The position numbers and the translations under genes were made by a program. The notes under the pieces were generated by a model. It was not told the DNA's origin. It searched no databases and saw only the letters and a list, made by a program, of their open reading frames with translations. Below, in pieces: positions 34,443 to 38,904 of a stretch of 38,904 nt of DNA. The stretch is from a virus. Location: positions 1 to 38,904 of IMG/VR virus record IMGVR_UViG_3300030330_005386; one strand, given 5' to 3'. The stretch's first letter is position 1. The number at the start of each line of letters is the position of its first letter.

Positions 34443-34657
34443 TCTATTGCTTCTGAATCGATACCATATTCATCTACGAGACGATCAACTGCTGTTTTAA
34501 TATCAGAAAGTTTGCATACCTCAGCGATATTTGATTTTTGAAATTTCTTTAATTTTTTATATTTTTTGATGAGTTTACTAACTTCATCAGTGTCGATTTC
34601 AAATCTAACGTTTCCATCTTTCTGCGGATCGTTAGTAAACCCTTTAAATCCGCTCAT
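34439..34657 (-). CDS. Hypothetical protein (72 aa)
   Basis: ORF with ATGA overlaps on both sides. Confidence 0.45.
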   Translation of the reverse strand: MSGFKGFTNDPQKDGNVRFEIDTDEVSKLIKKYKKLKKFQKSNIAEVCKLSDIKTAVDRLVDEYGIDSEAIE

Positions 34658-34926
34658 GATTTTTTCTTCTTATCTTTTGGTGCAGGGTTACCCCAGAGTT
34701 TAGGACTAACCCTGCCTTCAGATTGTTGCATGGTAACAAAATTTTCTTTGTACTTGTCATAATAAGCATCAAAGATACTTGCTTGCTTTGTATCCATCAC
34801 TAGATCATAGTGCTCTACACCATCCTCTTTATATGTGACAAGATAGCAATTGTTAGGAAGATCCGTCGTATTATCTACGATCGGATCACAATCTTGTTTA
34901 ATAACCTTCAACTGCGTCCACCCCAT
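34654..34926 (-). CDS. Hypothetical protein (90 aa)
   Basis: ORF in the operon with a lysine-rich C-terminus. Confidence 0.45.
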   Translation of the reverse strand: MGWTQLKVIKQDCDPIVDNTTDLPNNCYLVTYKEDGVEHYDLVMDTKQASIFDAYYDKYKENFVTMQQSEGRVSPKLWGNPAPKDKKKKS

Positions 34927-35396
34927 TGAATGTCAGGATATGCCTGTTTGACAATATCATAACTGATTTTGTACTTGTCTGCAAGGTTTTTATCCTTACA
35001 CAGACACAGGATCTCAGCCTCTTCGGGATGCAGTCCTTCAAGCATTTGGATGAACATGGTTTCTCTGCGAAGTCCAGAGAGTCCATCATTACCACCCTTC
35101 ACAAAGTTATAGAGATGCTTGTACTCTCTACGCAAGGAAGTGTGATCTGTACCAACAGGTACTTCGTTCTTATTGAAGGGAACCTCTCCAACAGGAAGAA
35201 CTGAGATCACAGTCTCATCAAAGTTCCAAATAAAAATAGTCTTCAGAGCATCGTTTTCATACTGCCGAAGGATTTCTACTTTCTTTGCCTTTGCACGTTG
35301 CTTGCTTGCAAGTTCAAGAATTTCATGAAGAAAAGGGTTAGGTGGTAGTTCAACCTTCTTCTTCGTCTTCGTCGTAGTCGCCATAATCGTTTTCAA
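34908..35396 (-). CDS. Hypothetical protein (162 aa; start may be Met5 at 35384)
   Basis: Long ORF with ordinary composition. It overlaps the upstream small membrane protein gene. Confidence 0.55.
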   Translation of the reverse strand: MKTIMATTTKTKKKVELPPNPFLHEILELASKQRAKAKKVEILRQYENDALKTIFIWNFDETVISVLPVGEVPFNKNEVPVGTDHTSLRREYKHLYNFVKGGNDGLSGLRRETMFIQMLEGLHPEEAEILCLCKDKNLADKYKISYDIVKQAYPDIQWGGRS

Positions 35397-35574
35397 ACCT
35401 TACTGCTAAAATTTCATCAGGTAGAACATTTCCGTTCTCATCAAACATTTCGGGATGAGTATATACTGGTTGGGTATTATAGACGTGTTCTTTTGCAAGC
35501 CATCCTACCATACCTCCAACAAAAAAGAACATTACTGATACCAATGTTCCAATCGTCAATGTTACTGCTAACAT
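35350..35574 (-). CDS. Small membrane protein with acidic tail (74 aa)
   Basis: GGAGG lies 8 nt upstream of the ATG. One N-terminal hydrophobic helix (LAVTLTIGTLVSVMFFFVGGMVGWL) is followed by the tail DYGDYDEDEEEG. Confidence 0.55.
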   Translation of the reverse strand: MLAVTLTIGTLVSVMFFFVGGMVGWLAKEHVYNTQPVYTHPEMFDENGNVLPDEILAVRFENDYGDYDEDEEEG

Positions 35575-35758
35575 TTTCCCGTCCTCCGAGAGTCTCTATC
35601 TTTTCCGAATATCCAAATAAAAATTGAAGTGGAAAACGATATCTCTCTTGAAAAGAGAAACCATATTTCCAAATCTTATTTGGAAAGTTTTGGGCGGTTC
35701 TGCTCTTCTCCTATTTCTAAGTAATAACTCTACCCCACGATTAAGGTGGGGATCTGGT

Positions 35759-36112
35759 TTATTTAGAATCTTTTCTTCGCCGTCCAGGTCGTCTATCATA
35801 ACTATACCTTTTAGCATCTGCAAGGATGCCCTCTAAAAATTTCTTGATCTTTCTTGCTTGCGGTTTAGGAATATGTCCATAACCTTCACGCAATTGTTTG
35901 TGCTCATTATCTTGTCCTCCCTCTAGATATTCTTCTAAATCAAGGACAAGATCTTTTATTTCTTTAGAAGTGCTGCTACTGATAAAGTCATCAGCATCTT
36001 TTCTAGTTGCCTTAATAACTTTAAAGTAATCATAGAGATTTAATCGAAATCTAAATGCCGTGAAGGCATCATCAATCGATTGCTCTATGATTGCGTAGAC
36101 TTCTTGATCCAT
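35759..36112 (-). CDS. Hypothetical protein (117 aa, start revised to MDQEVY)
   Basis: The internal ATG at 36112 overlaps the glutaredoxin stop (TGATG). The longer form in the track would overlap by 46 nt. Confidence 0.5.
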   Translation of the reverse strand: MDQEVYAIIEQSIDDAFTAFRFRLNLYDYFKVIKATRKDADDFISSSTSKEIKDLVLDLEEYLEGGQDNEHKQLREGYGHIPKPQARKIKKFLEGILADAKRYSYDRRPGRRRKDSK

Positions 36113-36351
36113 CAAACCAGCTTGTTTTCTCTTAGATACTTGACAGTTTCTTGACATCCACCAATTAATTCATCATTCAGAACAACGCGAGGGAAAGTAG
36201 ATCCCCTCCCAAACTTTTCATAAAATTCCTCACCGTTAAAATCTCTGCCCAATTTATACTCAACAAATTGTTGTTCGGCAAGACTCAAAGCAGCAATCAC
36301 TTTGGTGCAGTAAGGACAACCGATTTTTGTGTAAATTGCAAAATTACTCAT
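36112..36351 (-). CDS. Glutaredoxin (79 aa, start revised to MSNFAIY)
   Basis: It has a CPYC active site (TKIGCPYCTKV), the Grx-typical FPRVVLNDELIGG, and an ATGA overlap with the talC stop. Confidence 0.8.
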   Translation of the reverse strand: MSNFAIYTKIGCPYCTKVIAALSLAEQQFVEYKLGRDFNGEEFYEKFGRGSTFPRVVLNDELIGGCQETVKYLRENKLV

Positions 36352-36992
36352 TTCTTTACTGACTCCCAATCGTTTTCAAAAATTTCCATTCCTTTATCGG
36401 TAAGGATGTGATCGTACATTTGATCGAATACCTTTGGTGGCATCGTGCAGATCTCAGCACCATTATACCATGAACGGATGGCTCTTTGCACGCTACGAAT
36501 GGAAGCAGAGAGAACTTGTGTCTTCACACCATGAACACGATACAGTTCAGAGATGGAACGAACTACCTCAAGTCCTGCAACTGATTGATCGTCGAGTCGT
36601 CCAACAAAAGGAGAGACATAAGTGGCACCCGCTTTGGCAGCCAGAACCGCCTGTGCGGCGCAGAAGATCAGAGTGACATTTACCTTAATACCTTGCTCTG
36701 AAAGGCGCTTACAGACGATCAGGCCTTCTCTGGTGCAGGGAACTTTGATGGTAGCAACATTGCCAAACTTTTCGTAGAGACGAATGCCCTCATCATACAT
36801 CTCAAGATCAGAACCCATCACTTCCATGCTGATGTCTGTGACACCCATATCCTTGATCTCTTGGTAAACATCCTCTGGATTCTTACCACTTTTCATAATC
36901 AGAGTTGGATTGGTTGTCACTCCATCTACCAACCCAGTAGAAAAATACTTTGCGATAATATCTGTATCCGCAGTATCTAAAAAGATTTTCAT
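36348..36992 (-). CDS. talC: Transaldolase family protein TalC (214 aa)
   Basis: MKIFLDTADTDIIAKYFSTGLVDGVTTNPTLI and ATIKVPCT (Schiff-base Lys region) are typical of the short TalC/FSA-type transaldolases of cyanophages. Confidence 0.9.
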   Translation of the reverse strand: MKIFLDTADTDIIAKYFSTGLVDGVTTNPTLIMKSGKNPEDVYQEIKDMGVTDISMEVMGSDLEMYDEGIRLYEKFGNVATIKVPCTREGLIVCKRLSEQGIKVNVTLIFCAAQAVLAAKAGATYVSPFVGRLDDQSVAGLEVVRSISELYRVHGVKTQVLSASIRSVQRAIRSWYNGAEICTMPPKVFDQMYDHILTDKGMEIFENDWESVKK

Positions 36993-36993
36993 T

Positions 36994-37016
36994 AAAAAAG
37001 GGCGATTGATACGCCC
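36994..37016 (-). terminator. Intrinsic terminator abutting the talC start
   Basis: Minus strand reads GGGCG-UAUCAAU-CGCCC followed by UUUUUU, then A-ATG of talC. Confidence 0.65.
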
Positions 37017-37024
37017 TTTATATA

Positions 37025-37240
37025 TCAGTTTTCGTCTTTGTTGTAAAGACTTTCTAGTCGATCTCTTGTCATATCAACATACATGACTTCATCACCAGGT
37101 TGAGGTGCTTCAGGATGACGTGGTTTTGGTTTATTCATCTCCACATTTATGGATTGAATGTTACTCCACATCATCGCAAAGGCAGCGCCTGCGATAACAG
37201 CAAAACAAGAAAAGTAAACAAAGACGAGCCAACCGTTCAC
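37025..37240 (-). CDS. Small membrane protein (71 aa), GTG start overlapping the psbD stop
   Basis: The GTGA overlap places GTG at 37240 and the psbD TGA at 37239. It has an N-terminal hydrophobic helix, [22 protein letters not shown]. Confidence 0.45.
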   Translation of the reverse strand: MNGWLVFVYFSCFAVIAGAAFAMMWSNIQSINVEMNKPKPRHPEAPQPGDEVMYVDMTRDRLESLYNKDEN

Positions 37241-38298
37241 AGTGCGTTACCTCTAGGAAGAACTTCTTCTGGGAACACAAACTGTTCATGTGGTTGATCT
37301 ACTGGTGCCATCCAAGCACGTAAACCTTCATTCAAAAGAATATTCTTGGTATAGAAAGTCTCAAACTCAGGATCTTCTGATGCCCTTATTTCTTGTGAAA
37401 CAAAGTCATAAGCGCGAAGGTTGAGAGCAAGGCCAATAATACCGATGGAACTTGTCCAAAGGCCCATAACAGGAACAAACAGCATAAAGAAATGCAACCA
37501 CCTCTTATTGCTAAACGCAATACCGAAGATCTGACTCCAGAAGCGGTTTGCTGTAACCATTGAATAGGTTTCTTCTTCTTGAGTGCTGTCAAATGCTTTG
37601 AAAGTATTTGCTTGATCACCATCTTGATACAAGGTGTTCTCTACTGTAACACCATGAATTGCAGAAAGCAATGCTCCTCCAAGGATACCCGCAACACCCA
37701 TCATGTGAAAGGGGTTGAGTGTCCAGTTATGAAATCCTTGTAGAAAAAGTAGGAATCTGAAGATTGCCGCGACACCAAAGCTCGGCGCAAAGAACCAAGA
37801 CGATTGTCCGAGAGGGTAGATGAGAAATACACTAACAAATACGGCAATAGGGCCCGAAAAAGCAATCGCATTGTAAGGACGGATTCCGATAAGACGTGCA
37901 AGTTCAAACTGACGCAGCATGAAACCAATCAGAGCGAAGGCACCGTGGAGCGCCACAAAATTCCAGAGTCCCCCAAGTTGGAGCCAGCGTTGGAAATCTC
38001 CCTGAGACTCTGGACCCCAAAGTAGAAGAAGAGAATGGCCCATAGCATCAGCAGGAGTTGACACTGCCGCTGTAAGGAAATTAGCACCCTCAAGGTAACT
38101 AGACGCCAACCCGTGAGTGTACCAACTGGTAACAAACGTCGTGCCAGTAAGCCAGCCGCCAATTGCAAGATAAGCAGTGGGAAAAAGAAGTAATCCAGAC
38201 CAACCCACAAAGACAAAGCGATCTCGTTTAAGCCAGTCATCCAGGACATCGAACCATCCCCTCCCTTGTTGTGTTTGTGAAAGAGTTGAAGTTGTCAT
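37237..38298 (-). CDS. psbD: Photosystem II D2 protein (353 aa)
   Basis: Near-identical over its full length to cyanobacterial D2 ([22 protein letters not shown]...[14 protein letters not shown]). Confidence 0.97.
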   Translation of the reverse strand: MTTSTLSQTQQGRGWFDVLDDWLKRDRFVFVGWSGLLLFPTAYLAIGGWLTGTTFVTSWYTHGLASSYLEGANFLTAAVSTPADAMGHSLLLLWGPESQGDFQRWLQLGGLWNFVALHGAFALIGFMLRQFELARLIGIRPYNAIAFSGPIAVFVSVFLIYPLGQSSWFFAPSFGVAAIFRFLLFLQGFHNWTLNPFHMMGVAGILGGALLSAIHGVTVENTLYQDGDQANTFKAFDSTQEEETYSMVTANRFWSQIFGIAFSNKRWLHFFMLFVPVMGLWTSSIGIIGLALNLRAYDFVSQEIRASEDPEFETFYTKNILLNEGLRAWMAPVDQPHEQFVFPEEVLPRGNAL

Positions 38299-38325
38299 GA
38301 GTAATATTACTTAACATTTTTAGAG

Positions 38326-38353
38326 AAAAAAATAGAGGATCCGAAGATCCTCT
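38326..38353 (-). terminator. Intrinsic terminator between psbA and psbD
   Basis: Minus strand reads AGAGGAUC-UUCG-GAUCCUCU (8-bp stem, UUCG loop) followed by AUUUUUUU, 20 nt after the psbA stop. Confidence 0.75.
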
Positions 38354-38373
38354 AAGAAATATGTTGCGTTAAA

Positions 38374-38904
<531 letters not shown>

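Noticed and set aside
35596-35823. 75-aa minus-strand ORF in the hairpin-rich gap.
   Set aside because: It overlaps the upstream ORF by 65 nt, has no Shine-Dalgarno sequence and has an odd basic composition. Its sequence is largely made of three inverted repeats.

Overview
The window reads as a fragment of a T4-like cyanomyovirus (marine Synechococcus/Prochlorococcus phage type). Nearly all genes are on the minus strand and are tightly packed, often with ATGA/TAATG overlaps.

- **1-10.7 kb, fibre module:** a partial Gly-rich protein, an 880-aa fibre-like protein, a 665-aa Ig-like plus glycine-rich protein, and a 1959-aa giant structural protein.
- **10.78-10.94 kb:** two tandem tRNAs, Leu-UAA and Thr-UGU.
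- **11-24.5 kb, baseplate/tail module:** a gp5-like OB-fold hub, a gp27-like hub, two paralogous tape-measure-like proteins (one carrying a GH19-type lysozyme domain), a gp26-like protein and a tube-fold protein. A cp12 homologue sits between the gp27-like and gp5-like genes.
- **24.5-27.5 kb (+ strand):** gp4, a gp2-like gene, gp48 and gp53.
- **27.5-30.3 kb:** gp32, gp59 and gp33, with two inserted accessory genes.
- **29.4-38.9 kb, auxiliary-metabolic island:** 2OG-Fe(II) oxygenase, PD-(D/E)XK nuclease, phoH, thyX, speD, two glutaredoxin-fold genes, talC, psbD and a 3' partial psbA.

The most interesting item is a self-contained minus-strand cassette at 32940-33312. It has a near-consensus sigma70 promoter, two tandem glutamine-riboswitch-like aptamers, a 55-aa peptide with YRG motifs (not in the ORF track) and a perfect intrinsic terminator.

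Other notable points:
- cp12 lies inside the baseplate operon.
- The lysozyme domain is on a tape-measure-like protein rather than on gp5.
- One glutaredoxin paralogue has no cysteines in the active-site position.
- A NATAAATA late-promoter-like motif recurs upstream of start codons.
- Terminator hairpins directly abut start codons.

All calls rest on reading the sequence and on remembered family motifs. No searches or folding calculations were run.
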